Below are positions 23,635-36,700 of a stretch of 64,000 bases of DNA, piece by piece (within the stretch, counting starts at the first letter, position 1; every line of letters begins with the position of its first letter). The notes beneath the pieces are model-generated. The model worked only from the letters and a program-made list of their open reading frames with translations. It did not search any database and had not been told where the DNA came from. The DNA comes from Octopus bimaculoides (taxonomy: Eukaryota). Both the position numbers and the translations under genes were made by a program. The stretch spans positions 8,659,740 to 8,723,739 of the forward strand of contig NC_068997.1 of assembly GCF_001194135.2 (NCBI RefSeq). The letters run 5' to 3'.

Positions 23635-23959
23635 AGATAAGGTGTGTGTCCGTGTGTCCCCCTGTGTTACACACCAAAAGAGACTCCATTTCTTTGTATT
23701 TTGGTATCTCCAAAATCTTCAAACTTAGCTTCTCATCTCCCTTAATTATCTCTCGAAGAATTTATGAAATGGATACAAGTATGAGAAATCTTCAAACAAA
23801 GGAATCTGGATTATTAAGTAGAGGCCATGGATAATAAGCACAAATGGTGGATATTAAACAGGATAAGGTTACAGTTTTTGACCAAATGCCTTGTGACATT
23901 TAGTCAAAACACTATTCTGTAGTAAGAGTGTTGTAGTAGTTCACTTGAAGCATTGTAAT

Positions 23960-24613
23960 ACCGAAGCTTTCTGTTTTCTCTCTTTTTACTTTCTTCATTA
24001 TTTTGTAGTATTCGTTCCAATTCTTTACATTCTGAGTGCAAATCCTGCTAAGGTCAATTTTGCCTTTCAAGCGGTCAACGAAATAAAGTACCAGTCACAT
24101 ACTGTGGTTGATGTACTCAATGAATCCCCTCAGTCTTAAAAGTATTGGCTGTGGGTCAAAACCTGAAACAACACCAAGCTGACAGAATCAGTAGCACACC
24201 AAGGAATCTGCTTTGTGGCAATTTTTGTCTGTCTTTACATTCTGAGTTCAAATTCTGCTGAAGTCGGCTTTGCTTTTTATCCTTTTGAGGTTGAGAAAAT
24301 ATTTACCAGTTGACCACTGGGGTCAATGTAATCACCTGAAATTGCTGGCCTTGTGCCAAAATTTGAAACAATTTTTATTATTATTATTATTATTCAAGGT
24401 GGTGAGCTGGCAGAAATTTTTGCACACCGGGCAAAATGCTTAGCGGTATTTTGTCTGTCTTTACATTCTGAATTCAAATTCTGCCGAGGTTGACTTTGCC
24501 TTTCATCCTTTTGGGAGTCGGTAAATTAAGTACCAGTTCCGTACTGGGGTCAATCTAATCAACTGGACCCCTCCCCAAAAATTTCGGGCCTTGTGTCTTG
24601 TGGAGAAAAGATT
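23960..24613 (+). mobile_element. Three head-to-tail SINE B copies
   Basis: ACATTCTGAG/AT(T/G)CAAAT B-box motifs at about 24028, 24237 and 24463. Confidence 0.78.
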
Positions 24614-24946
24614 ANNNNNNNNNNNNNNNNNNNNNNNNNNNNNNNNNNNNNNNNNNNNNNNNNNNNNNNNNNNNAATATGAGCTTATCTCCAAGCTAAGC
24701 CATCTCCTTCCTTACTACACCACAATCAACACAAAATGAATGCCTACCATCTAGTTATATGAGGTCTAACTAGCTCTAATGACCTTTTTGTGCAAGTTAC
24801 GTCCATCCATTAATACATGGCTATATAGCTGAATTTCATATGCAATTATTTAGCTGAGCCTGAACCCAAAATTAAAATAACAAAAAAGAAAGAACAACAA
24901 AAGAAAAAATTACATACACACATACACACACATATATATATATACA

Positions 24947-24981
<35 letters not shown>

Positions 24982-25347
24982 AATTGCTTTAATTCCAGGC
25001 AGCTTCTTGCCCTGCAGAATCAACTTTTATTAGTCAATCAAACACAGCAGGCTATAAAAATAAATGTTCTAGTGTATATATTATTTTATCCTCATCCTTT
25101 GATCGCTTAATATTTGCAGTAAGTTGTAGATAGATGTAGCAAGAGCTGGCAGAAACAGCAGAGCACCAGACTATAGAGAAATGAATAAATAAATAAATAA
25201 ATACCTTGTCAGTATTTAGTTTTATCCAACTACCTTTTTAAGTTCAGATCTCTCCCTCAAGCTTGATTAAATAACTAACCACCACAAGTGTGTTTGTGTG
25301 TGTGGTTATATGTATGTCTCTATGTATATACGTAAGTGTATGTGCTT

Positions 25348-25378
<31 letters not shown>

Positions 25379-25774
25379 CGTAAGTGTGTGTAGGCTTGGT
25401 TGTGTGATTAAAATGTTTACTCCACAATCACGTAGTTTCATGTTCAAATCCTCTGCTTGGCACCTTGGATAAATAAATGATTTCCAGTGTAGCCTCAGAC
25501 CAACCAAAGTCTTGTGATTGAATTTGGTAGACAGGAATTGAAAGAAGCTTTTCATGTGTGTGTGTGTGTCTGTATGTAGAGGTACCGACTGTGGTTTTGG
25601 GTTCAGTCCCACTGTGTGGCGATACCATGGGCAAGAGTCTTTGACTATTTATTGCCTCATTTTTTTCATTTTAATAATTCTGTTTCTCTTTCACACGCTC
25701 ACCTTTCATCATCTGACACAAGATCCCCTCTTCCATTGCCCCCACCCTTCTCAAAATTCTTTGTCTTGTAAGTT

Positions 25775-26066
25775 ACTTGGTGACCCTGCTGGTGCTGGTG
25801 CCACATAAAAAGCATCCAGTGCACACTGTAGAGTAGTTGGTATTTGGAAGGGCATCCAGCTGTAAAAATCATGCCAAAACTAACCTACATCAAAAGCACT
25901 GAGTCCACTCTGTGGGGTGGTTGGTGTTAGGAAGGGCATCCAGCTGTAGAAGTCCTGTCAAAACAGATACAGTAGCCTGGGGTAGTCTTCTACCTGGCTG
26001 GCTCCTGTCAACTGTCCCGCCCATACATGCATGGAAAATGGACATTAAACGATGATGATGATGATG
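25775..26066 (+). mobile_element. Family D, two nested/tandem fragments
   Basis: Two GGAAGGGCATCCAGCTGTA motifs; (GAT)n tail at 26050-26066. Confidence 0.7.
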
Positions 26067-26714
26067 TTTCTCAATTTGCTCACTTTCTTTTGTATCTGGA
26101 AGCCTCTTAACAAGATAAATAGTGACCTGTATTTTTACCTTCTTTATTAAAGATAATGGATTAGCAGAATTATTAGATAGGATGAAATACTTTGGAGCAT
26201 TTCTTCTGGTTCTCTATGAGCTGAATTCAAATCCCATTGAAGTCGACTTCACCTTTTATCTTTCAGGGTCAACAGAATTAAGTACCGGTCAAGTACTAGA
26301 GTCAGTGCATCCTACTGTTCTACTGACCTAAAATTTCTGGCCATCTGCCTGTCTTAGAAATTGAAAAACAAATGTTTATATGCTATTACAGTAATTTTGG
26401 AATAATCTTCCACAGGAACCTCTAAAGCCAATGAGGGTGCCTCTGCATGGTCTCTCAACTTGCTAGAAATTTCAGCCCAAACTCCCTCAAAATTACAGCT
26501 TATTATCTTCAGGCCTGACTGAGGTTTGCACCATCTCAATCAGGCATTTCCTACCCTTGTCTCTCTTGTCTAAAAACTATACTCAGTCCTTTCCTTGAAT
26601 CGTATCCATCTGGAGCTTCTCTACTCATGTCTTTATTGCACATGTTCACTTGCAATGACTCAAGAGGAACATTAAAACACATTGAATGGTATAGTCTTTG
26701 GTACACCACTCTCT

Positions 26715-27060
26715 TTTACTTGTTTCAGTCATTGGACTGCAGCCATGCTAGGGCTTTGCTTGAAAGGATTTTACTCAAACAAATCAACTCCGATGCTTAT
26801 TTTTTAAAACTCTGGTACTTATTCTGTTGGACTCTTTTGCTGAACTGCTTAGTTACAGGGATGTAAACAAACCAATGCCAGTTGTCAAGTAGTGAGGGTG
26901 GAGTACAAAGACACACATACAACAGACTTCCATAGTTTCCATCTACCAAATTCTCTCGCTGGGCATTGGTCAGCCTGGGGTTATGTAGAGTAGAAGGCAC
27001 TTGCCCAAAGTGCCATGCAGTGGAACTGAACTTGAAACCATCTTAACCACATAGCCATGT
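26715..27060 (-). mobile_element. SINE family A
   Basis: TTGTTTCAGTCATTGG tail (reverse complement) and CACTTGCCCAAAGTGCC head. Confidence 0.75.
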
Positions 27061-27714
27061 CTGACAAAAAGGAAACAAAAACTATTGAGATGGTCATGGC
27101 TAGGCTTCCTTTGATTTGAGCAAACCTTTCGGCTAAACCACAACATGAAAAGATCAATGTAGTCCATAGCTGAACAACCCTCTTCTTTTTGTTAGAGAGA
27201 TTTGAAACACAAGGGTTACTGTTGGGGGGGGAGGTCTTATTTCTTTACTGTTATGGATATCGCATTTTTCTTTCTTTTTTTTTTTTCTGCTGACTTGTGT
27301 TATATAGTCTTTGACTCAATTCAGCAGTACCAAACCAAAACTATAGAAACTATTATTTCACTTCAATGGTGTTGGTTAATGTATTGATATTGATATTAAT
27401 AACTTCACCATACACACATACATTCAACTCCATAATAATAATAATAATAACAACAACAGCAGCAGCAGATACTAAAGATGGTGCTATGGCCTTTTCTTTG
27501 ATAATATCTTTCTTGCTTATTTAAATTCAGTTCAGTGCACACTTGCCTTGAAAATTATCCCTGGAAATGGTGTTACAATATCTGTTGCCATTGAAATGTC
27601 TCCTGCACCTCTTAGAAGAACTTTTACCTTTAGTGGTAACTAATTTTGGCACTTTTTTTTCTTCTTTATTTTCTTTTTTTTTTTTACTTCTTTCAGTTAT
27701 TGGATCAGCTTAAG

Positions 27715-28074
27715 GGTTTTAGTCAAAGAAATTTGATGCCAGTACATTTTTTTTTTGTTTTTGTTTTTCTAAGTCTGGTACTTTTTCTTTCTTTTTTCTT
27801 TCTTCTCTCTCTCTCTGCAGCACTACTAAGTTACAGTAATATAGACCAATGCCAGTTATCAAACACAGAGAAGGAGGTGGTGCAAAACACACACACACAC
27901 ACACACACACATGAAAGCTTCCACACAATTTCTGTCAACCACCAGATCCACTCACAAAGCTTTGGTCAGCCTGGAGCTATAGTAGAGGACATTTACTGAA
28001 GGACTGAACCCAAGACCATGCAGATGGGAAGCGAGCTTTTTACCACACACCCATGCCTTCACCTATATATACAC

Positions 28075-28075
<1 letters not shown>
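27715..28075 (-). mobile_element. SINE family A, diverged
   Basis: Co-linear similarity to other A copies. Confidence 0.65.
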
Positions 28076-28101
<26 letters not shown>

Positions 28102-28113
<12 letters not shown>

Positions 28114-28387
28114 TTAGGGAAAATAACCAATTTTCAAGAACTCATCGATGAAAATCCACTATCACATATAGAAAAATTAATAATTAAAAGCACAATCAAT
28201 GAGTATAATATAAAGTAAAGTAAATATCATAAGATAAATATAATATTATATTTATCTTATGATATTTACTTTACTTTATATTATACTCATTGATTGTGCT
28301 TTTAATTATTAATTTTTCTATATGTGATAGTGGATTTTCATCGATGAGTTCTTGAAAATTGGTTATTTTCCCTAAAACTATATATAT
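28102..28387. repeat. Perfect inverted repeat: 141-bp arms, 4-nt spacer
   Basis: 28102-28242 is the exact reverse complement of 28247-28387 (checked base by base); spacer TAAT. Confidence 0.95.
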
Positions 28388-28576
28388 TTTATATATACTT
28401 TATCTATAAGGCTCAATTTAATTTTAATTTTTTATAAATTGATTTTAATTGAGTTTTTTACCTGTAATTTTGGATTTTGTCCCTAATAATATTATTATAT
28501 ATATATATATATAAAATGTGACTCTCCCGTCTTTAGATGACGTATGAGGGTTCGACAATTTCTTACCGAACAACTA

Positions 28577-28805
28577 CACAGACGATTTGTTTATAGTAAT
28601 CAAATGTTTGTGTAGACATAAACTCACTCCCTCCATCAGATCGACATTACCTGTACAGGTGCAACGGGTGGCGCATGTCAGATGATGAAATGATCGCAGA
28701 GCAACATGAAGTGAAGTGCCTTGCTCAAGAACACAGTGCAACGCCTGGTCTGGGAATCGAACCCATGATCTTGCAATCATGAGTATGGCACCTTAGCCAC
28801 TGAGC
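28577..28805 (-). mobile_element. SINE family G (tail type 2)
   Basis: Reverse-complement head GCTCAGTGGCTAAGG...GGTTCGATTCCC...TGTGTTCTTGAGCAAGGCACTT. Confidence 0.75.
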
Positions 28806-28814
28806 ATCGCCTTT

Positions 28815-29163
28815 AGTCAAACAAATCAACCCGAGAACTTATTCTCTGTAAACCTCGTACTTATTCTACCAGTTCTTTTACTGAACTGCTAGGTTATGGG
28901 GACATAAACACACCAACTTCAGTTGTCAAGCAACAGTGGGGGGGGGGAACAAACTCAGCCACACAAACATATATATATATACACACACAAACACAGACAA
29001 CGGGCTTCTTTCAGTTTGTGTCTACCAAATCCACTCACAAGGCTTTGGTTGGCTTGAGGCTATTGTAGAAGACACTTGCCCAAGGTACTTCTCAGTGGGA
29101 CTGAACCCAGAACCATGTGGTTGGGAAGCAAGCTTCTTACTACACAGCCACTCCTGCACCTAT
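28815..29163 (-). mobile_element. SINE family A
   Basis: Ends in ...CACAGCCACTCCTGCACCTAT, the reverse complement of the A head. Confidence 0.82.
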
Positions 29164-30596
29164 ATATATAAAATGTCATCTGTGATGTTTGTGGTGTGGT
29201 TGAAAATGAAAAGCATACCACATACAACAGGGAATCAATGTTAAACAATACAGCTAATACAGGGAGTAATTGGTGTTGTTCTACCAATTCCTGTATTGCA
29301 ATATTGATTTCTGTTCACTAATCACATGACCAATTTTTTAGATGAGGGATATAATTGATTGAACAGGATTCAGTGCACCAGTGGTACTTTGTCACCTTCA
29401 TAAGGGTGAAAGATTGGTGATATATATATATAAAAGAAAAGAGCACAGTCAAGGCTGCATGGCTAAGAAGCTTGCTTCACAACTGCCTGGTTCCAGTTTC
29501 AATCCCACTATGCAGCAATTTGGACCATTGGCTTATTGTATTTTCTGATATACTGGTCAATGTAGTATGTAGAGTAGATGTAGTTAGTGGAGGATGTCTG
29601 AGCATTTGCACTATCTTTCCAAATTCTGTTGCATTTCACATGAAATTTTTTGTATGAAACATTTGATTTACATGCCAGAAAATACTGTATATCATAGCCT
29701 CAGGTTGCCTAATACTTTGTGATGAAAATAACTGGAAATTGTGCCGAAGCCTGATACAAATAGCAGTGACAAAACTGAAAAGCTGTGATGTTCCCGTGTC
29801 GCTCTCACTGTTAGAAATACAGTGAACCACAGTGATTGGCTCATTAGGAACATGTGACCAACAACATCATTGTTCACTAATAGCAATATATAATAAATAC
29901 ATAGAATGTTTAACTGAATCCCTGGAATCAGTTATTGTGGTCATAATTGAAATTTTCCAAGTCATTATCCTCATTTTGCAGGTCTGGTTGTGCTTTACAC
30001 TGCATTGCTCCGTTCATCAATCATTGTGTTGTACAACAATGTTCATTCATTATTCTTGGCTGTGTTAAAAATAAAAATTCTGACTTCATGCCTGATGTTG
30101 GGGAAACATGGGTAGGAAGAGCAGACACCTGAAGACAATTCATGGCTAAGTCAACCAGAGTATTGGTTTGGCCAAAAAAAAATACCTAGCACTTTTTTTT
30201 TTTTTTTTTTTTACGCTGAGTTCAATTCCTGCCAATCTCAGCTTTATTTTACATCTTTCCCATGGTAATGAGGAAATATGGTACCAGTCTAATAATGAGG
30301 TTGATCTATATTCTNNNNNNNNNNNNNNNNNNNNNNNNNNNNNNNNNNNNNNNNNNNNNNNNNNNNNNNNNNNNNNNNNNNNNNNNNNNNNNNNNNNNNN
30401 NNNNNNNNNNNNNNNNNNNNNNNNNNNNNNNNNNNNNNNNNNNNNNNNNNNNNNNNNNNNNNNNNNNNNNNNNNNNNNNNNNNNNNNNNNNNNNNNNNNN
30501 NNNNNNNNNNNNNNNNNNNNNNNNNNNNNNNNNNNNNNNNNNNNNNNNNNNNNNNNNNNNNNNNNNNNNNNNNNNNNNNNNNNNNNNNNNNNNNNN

Positions 30597-30627
<31 letters not shown>

Positions 30628-30632
<5 letters not shown>

Positions 30633-30796
30633 GCTTCTTTTAGTTTCAGTCTAGCAAATTCGTTCACAAGGCTTTGGTCGGCCTGAGGCTATAGTGGAAG
30701 ACACTTGCCCAAGGTGTCAGGCAGTGGGACTGAACCCAGAACCCAGAACCATGTGGTTGGGAAGCAAGCTTCTTACCACACAGCCACTCCTGCACC
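30628..30796 (-). mobile_element. SINE family A, 5' half
   Basis: Reverse complement of the A head, adjacent to (TA)n and a gap. Confidence 0.8.
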
Positions 30797-31054
30797 TTTT
30801 TTATTCTTATTTTTTTTTTATTCTTGTCAGATGAACTGGTTGGTCTGTTTTAAGGGGCTAAGAGGTTACGAAATTTTTGGGTCCAGCAGTACTAGCAGAG
30901 ACTGCTGGTAAAAGATAAACTCTACAGGTACAGTAATGCTATCAGACTGACCTGTCCAAGATATACGCACCAACGAAGCTGTTGCACATTCACTCATTTA
31001 ATCTTTAAGCATTACTCATTTGTAGAGTAATGTCGTACAACTGTCATTGCAGAC

Positions 31055-31200
31055 AGTGGCTTAGCTTGGGCAGAGTTTCAGGGGCATTGCCATGGGTTCG
31101 AAATTTAACCAAACAAAAAATAGCAACAATAAAATGATCCATGAGTTAGGGGTGCAATAGTTGCCTTGTCCCAGGCAGTGTCAACCCATGCTATGTGACT
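31055..31200. mobile_element. Decayed short TIR element (MITE-like)
   Basis: AGTGGCTTAGCTTGGG (31055-31070) versus the reverse complement of CCCATGCTATGTGACT (31185-31200), about 12/16 identity. Confidence 0.35.
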
Positions 31201-32603
31201 AGTTGCAATAGAATGGATCCAGTTATGGGCCAAATCCATTTTGAAGATTGCTCTGCCACCCTCTTTGACCAGGATGGACCGGAATTTTCCTCTGTCTGAT
31301 GGCTATAGCAAAAGGGGTTGTATAGTGAGTGAGGGTAAAAGGACTGAAGACAAGCCCTTTTCTATTCAGTTAAGCCCTTGTTGAAAGAGAGAGAGGTTGA
31401 TGGAGTGAGATATGAGGATATCAGTCTTCAGAAAAATTCACTCACAATTGTGAAAAGTAATTGTATGCTGCAAGGCAGTGTAACCCATGCAAACTTGGAA
31501 AGCAGTTGATGATGATCACAATGATGATGATGATGCAATGTTCATTTCTGGACCTTGTTTAATGTCATTGTCAGAAAGTGTATGTGACGGTGTGTGGGTG
31601 GGTGGGTGGTGGGAGATCAGTGTATTAAAGACTTAACAGCCTGATAAGCAGGAAATATATAGATTGTTTCTTATTTCTTTATTGCCCACAAAGGGGCTAA
31701 ACATAGAAGGGACAAACAAGGACAGACAAAGGGATTAAGTCGATTACATCGNNNNNNNNNNNNNNNNNNNNNNNNNNNNNNNNNNNNNNNNNNNNNNNNN
31801 NNNNNNNNNNNNNNNNNNNNNNNNNNNNNNNNNNNNNNNNNNNNNNNNNNNNNNNNNNNNNNNNNNNNNNNNNNNNNNNNNNNNNNNNNNNNNNNNNNNN
31901 NNNNNNNNNNNNNNNNNNNNNNNNNNNNNNNNNNNNNNNNNNNNNNNNNNNNNNNNNNNNNNNNNNNNNNNNNNNNNNNNNNNNNNNNNNNNNNNNNNNN
32001 NNNNNNNNNNNNNNNNNNNNNNNNNNNNNNNNNNNNNNNNNNNNNNNNNNNNNNNNNNNNNNNNNNNNNNNNNNNNNNNNNNNNNNNNNNNNNNNNNNNN
32101 NNNNNNNNNNNNNNNNNNNNNNNNNNNNNNNNNNNNNNNNNNNNNNNNNNNNNNNNNNNNNNNNNNNNNNNNNNNNNNNNNNNNNNNNNNNNNNNNNNNN
32201 NNNNNNNNNNNNNNNNNNNNNNNNNNNNNNNNNNNNNNNNNNNNNNNNNNNNNNNNNNNNNNNNNNNNNNNNNNNNNNNNNNNNNNNNNNNNNNNNNNNN
32301 NNNNNNNNNNNNNNNNNNNNNNNNNNNNNNNNNNNNNNNNNNNNNNNNNNNNNNNNNNNNNNNNNNNNNAATATATTATTTTGTTTAAAAGAGTTCCAAC
32401 ACTGTCTGTTTTTTATGTTTTATTTATATTCCTGCAGAACCAATGTGGGGTATAGAATATGGAATATACAATATATAATATAATATATAATATAAAATAA
32501 AATAAAATAAAAATGGATGGCACCATGAAATAAAGTATTGAATGTAGATGAAATATTGAGTGTTCAATATAAAGGATCAAATATATAAATATAAATATAT
32601 AAA

Positions 32604-32643
32604 GGCGACTCGAGTTTCAGGGCTATTTCCCTTCGTCATGGCT
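32604..32643 (-). ncRNA. Degenerate minimal hammerhead ribozyme motif
   Basis: Minus strand reads AGC-C-A-TGACGA-AGGG-AAATAG-CCCT-GAAA-CTCGAG-TC-GCC. Helix III is the palindrome ACTCGAGT; one extra base disrupts CUGANGA. Confidence 0.5.
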
Positions 32644-33410
32644 GGTATGACAGACTTTCGAGCTGTTATTAAAGTGTGTGTGTGTGTGTGTGTGTAAATA
32701 CTGATTCAATGTCACTGGGGCTTGAAAAACCATATCTTGAACAGAAGTACAACTTGTTGCTGTTCTGTTTAAGCTTTGTTTTCAAATAGAAAGGAAATCA
32801 TTGAGTTACTATACCTGACAATGACAATAAATGATGCCTTTTCAGTGGTTGAGTCCGTCTATATTTATTAATTCTAGTCATGTCTCAAGTTGAGACTTTC
32901 TCAAACTCTGGTTGAGAAGTGTGCAAATGTTTATGTGTGTGCATGTGTGGTATTTTGGATGCATTAAGTTTGCTCCTGGCAACAGTAACCTCCTTTATTT
33001 CCAGTATATTCCAAATTGGAATTGTTAGTGTTTTGTTTCAGTTTTTGTTTTTGTGTTGTTTCTTTTTTTTAAAAAAATGTAAGAAGAAATTAACATCTTT
33101 CTATTTTCGTCCATAAATTTTCAAAACGAAAAAAGAATTTTAGTGGCAAAATAAATATAATTATTGCTTCAGTTTGAAAAGAAATATTAATATTGCAATT
33201 GCTAAAATAGTGGTGGTGTGCTTTTCCTTTCTCAAATATATTGAAGGAAGAAGGATGGCCGATAGAAAGCGGAGGGTTCTCAATGAAATTTCTGCTGTAA
33301 TTTTGACTCTTACTTATTGAAAGGCTTGTGTGTGTGTGCGTGCGTGCGTGTGTGTGTGCGTGCGTGCGTGTGTGTGTGTGTNNNNNNNNNNNNNNNNNNN
33401 NNNNNNNNNT

Positions 33411-33788
33411 GGAGGTGCAATGGGCCAGTGTTTAGGGCAACGGACTCGCGGTCGTAGGATAGCAGTTTCGATTCCCAGGACGAGCGCTGTGAGTGTTTAA
33501 TTAAGCGAAAACACCTAAAGCCCCACGAGGCTCCGGCAGGGGGGGTAGTGGCGAACCCTGCTGTACTATTTCACCACAACTTTCTCTCACTCTTCCTCTT
33601 TCTGTTTCACCTGTATTTCAAAGGGACCAGCCTTGCCACACTGTGTCATGTTGAATCTCCACGAGAACAACATTAAGGGTACACGTGTCTGTGGAGTGCT
33701 CAGCCACTTGCACGTTAATTTCACAAGCAGGCTGTTCCGTTGATCGGATCAACTGGAACCTTCGTCGTCGTAACCGACGGAGTGCCAC
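33411..33788 (+). mobile_element. SINE family C, full length
   Basis: Homologous to 19923-20302; retains many CpGs. Confidence 0.88.
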
Positions 33789-36700
33789 GAAATATATATA
33801 ATAATAATAATAATTCTTTTTATAGATTTTAGTACAGCTTTATTAGTAGGCCAGGCAAGGTTTTCTTCTGTTCGTGGTACTATAATTTTATTTATTGATC
33901 AGTCATACATTTATTCTCTTTACTTTGTGTGTGTGTGTGAATGTTTTCTTTTTATTTCATCTTCTCTGAGAGAAATAAAACAAAATGCTGGCGAATATTT
34001 TTATTTATTTATTTTTCATAATTTGCATGACTGCCAAGATACAGCATTATGTTTAGATTAATTCTTTGTCTTGTCTCTGATAACTAATAGCTTTCGAAAA
34101 AGCATCACTATTATTGTTTTAGTGTATTCAGTGCTGTTTATTTTATATTGATTGATTTTAACATTTCCTATGCTGCTAGTGTCATGCTATCTGGAGAAAT
34201 GAATCTATTGTTTGCTACTGTGGCCTAAAATTAAATCTTTCATCAGATTTCTTTTTGAAGATTTTTTCTCATTCGAGTTACTTATTGCTCCTTGCTGTCT
34301 AAGGGTTTGGTTTAAAAATTACGAGGTAAACTTTATGAATTTCTTTTCTTATTTCTGTGTTTGTTTTTAATGAATTAGACTCCCAATGTTTACACTTTTT
34401 TCAGAGAGAGAAAGAGTTTTTTTATTTTCCTTAAATTGTAGAAATTACTTAGCGGCAGTAAATAATAAAACACAGTATTATTTTTCATTCTGATATACAA
34501 TCGTCTTTTTTTCCCCCTCCTCTTTTATATAATTATGTCTGTTTTAATAAGGTTGCAAATGTTTATTATATGCGTCTTTACAAAATTGACTTTTATGTAA
34601 AATCATAAATTTAAATTTTCGTTGCTATTTTTATTGTTTATTTGTTAGTAGTTAATACTAGTTAGTATTGTTATGTCTACGTGTATTAACAATTAATACA
34701 ATTAGAATATTTCCTACTCTACAGACGAGAAAACAGATGGATTTATAAAGTTTTGTTTGTTAGTTTTTTTTTTGCCTGTATTAATTTACTTGAAACTCGA
34801 AGCTACAGACCATAAAATCATTCAGATATAAAAAAAGAGAGAGAATAGTCCAGTTATTGTGTTTGGTTTTTTTTTTTATATATAGTATTTTCTTTTTGAA
34901 AACTCCACTAAGATACTTTCCTCTTATTTTCTCTGCTATCAACTTCAACAATCTGTGCTTTTTAAACATCATCCTACTCCATCCAACTCAATATCGTCGT
35001 CACTTGCAGAGATTTCTCATTGTCAAAATAGTCTTCTTTCCTTCATCACCAGTTTTCTTCTTTCTCTCGTAATCCATACTTAAAAAGAAAAGAAAAGAAA
35101 AGGGAAAAGAACCTTATCCGAACTTTGTTCTCTCACAGCAGCACCACTGTCTCACTTCCATCCACTAGTTTACACAACAAACTTTACAGGAGAAACTCAA
35201 CAATATAGTGTTAACTTCACAAAACTTTGATCTCGAAGGATTTTTACATGGGTTCGATATCTTCTTTTTTTTTTTTTCTGATCAGAAAATAAATCGAGGA
35301 CGAATCGTCGATGAAATACGGACTGTAACTTATCCGATCATCAAGACATTTTCCTAATGTTTCTTCTTCATATTCCAGGTAGGGACATCTTCCTCTAGTT
35401 TTACTTCGAGCTGTGTATGTATGTTTGTATTACTTGAAGCTAGATGTTCATATTTGATCTGTATCTATCTATATATACCTACCATGATGTGTCGTTTTCC
35501 TATTGCCAGTTTCAACCTTACTACAACCACACACACACAAACAAACATGTGCGCGCGCAAACACAAACACACACACACACACACGTGCAGCTTTGTTGAG
35601 TTTTATTTACATGGTGACCAGTTGTGAATACATAGCAAATCATAAGAAAGGGCGGAAAAAATGTCTCAAAAGTGTCTTGGTATTTAATTGCATCGAGAAG
35701 CAAACATATATATACATAGTTTGTATATTTATACACAAACACACACACATATATATAGTTTGTTATTTAACTAACCCTATGTTGATGTTTACATTTATAA
35801 TAGCACACGTTCAGTCGAACCGTAACTTATCAATGTTAGATATTGCTGGGGGGATCGCCGAAGAAAACCCGTTTTTCTTTTTATTTTTACACGCAAGTCT
35901 CCTTTATGTAGGAGATTGAGCCTTAAGTCTTTATTATCACCATTAAAAAAAAAACTATCTGCATATAACAATTTAAACGTATAGTTTTTGGTGTTAAAGT
36001 CTTGCTCTTTGCCTCTTATTGCTTCCTATCTATAAAGAAAATACACACACACGCATACATTTCTTTTCTAGCAGTTCGACATATAATTTAGATGTGCTAT
36101 TTTGCTTGCATGATATTTGTTTCTTGCACTCAACCTAATTTCCTCTACTCTTGGTTTAATATATCTTAATGAACACAAGTCACATTAAACTTTTTGCATC
36201 TCTCTCTCTCTCTCTCACCGTTCCTCCTCAACCTGCCAGCAGCCTGCTAGTCAGTACTTATATATAATATATATATATATCTTGTTTTACTAACTTCCCA
36301 AATGCAAGCCAAACGAATGATCTAATGAAATACAATTAAATATGCCATTATGACTCATGAACTTTAGATGCTACCATCTCTAAATCTATCCGGCTCAGAT
36401 AATTTTCATTGGTTAATCACCAAATTTTCTCCAGTTGTTGCAAATGCCTATGAAATTAAATATATCGATGAAATTATTTATATCTTCTATATTTTAAACA
36501 AAAGCTAAGGCCACATCAAAACCTCGAAGCAACTTAAAAAAAGACACAGGCGCCACTTGCTTTCTTCGATGTTTTAGATGAACTAATATATATATATATA
36601 AATATATGTGTGTGTGTGTATGTATACCCCCCCCCCAGTTTTCAGGTAAATAACAGTTAGAATTTATTCTTTAAAAATCAATCTAAATTAGTAAATAAAT

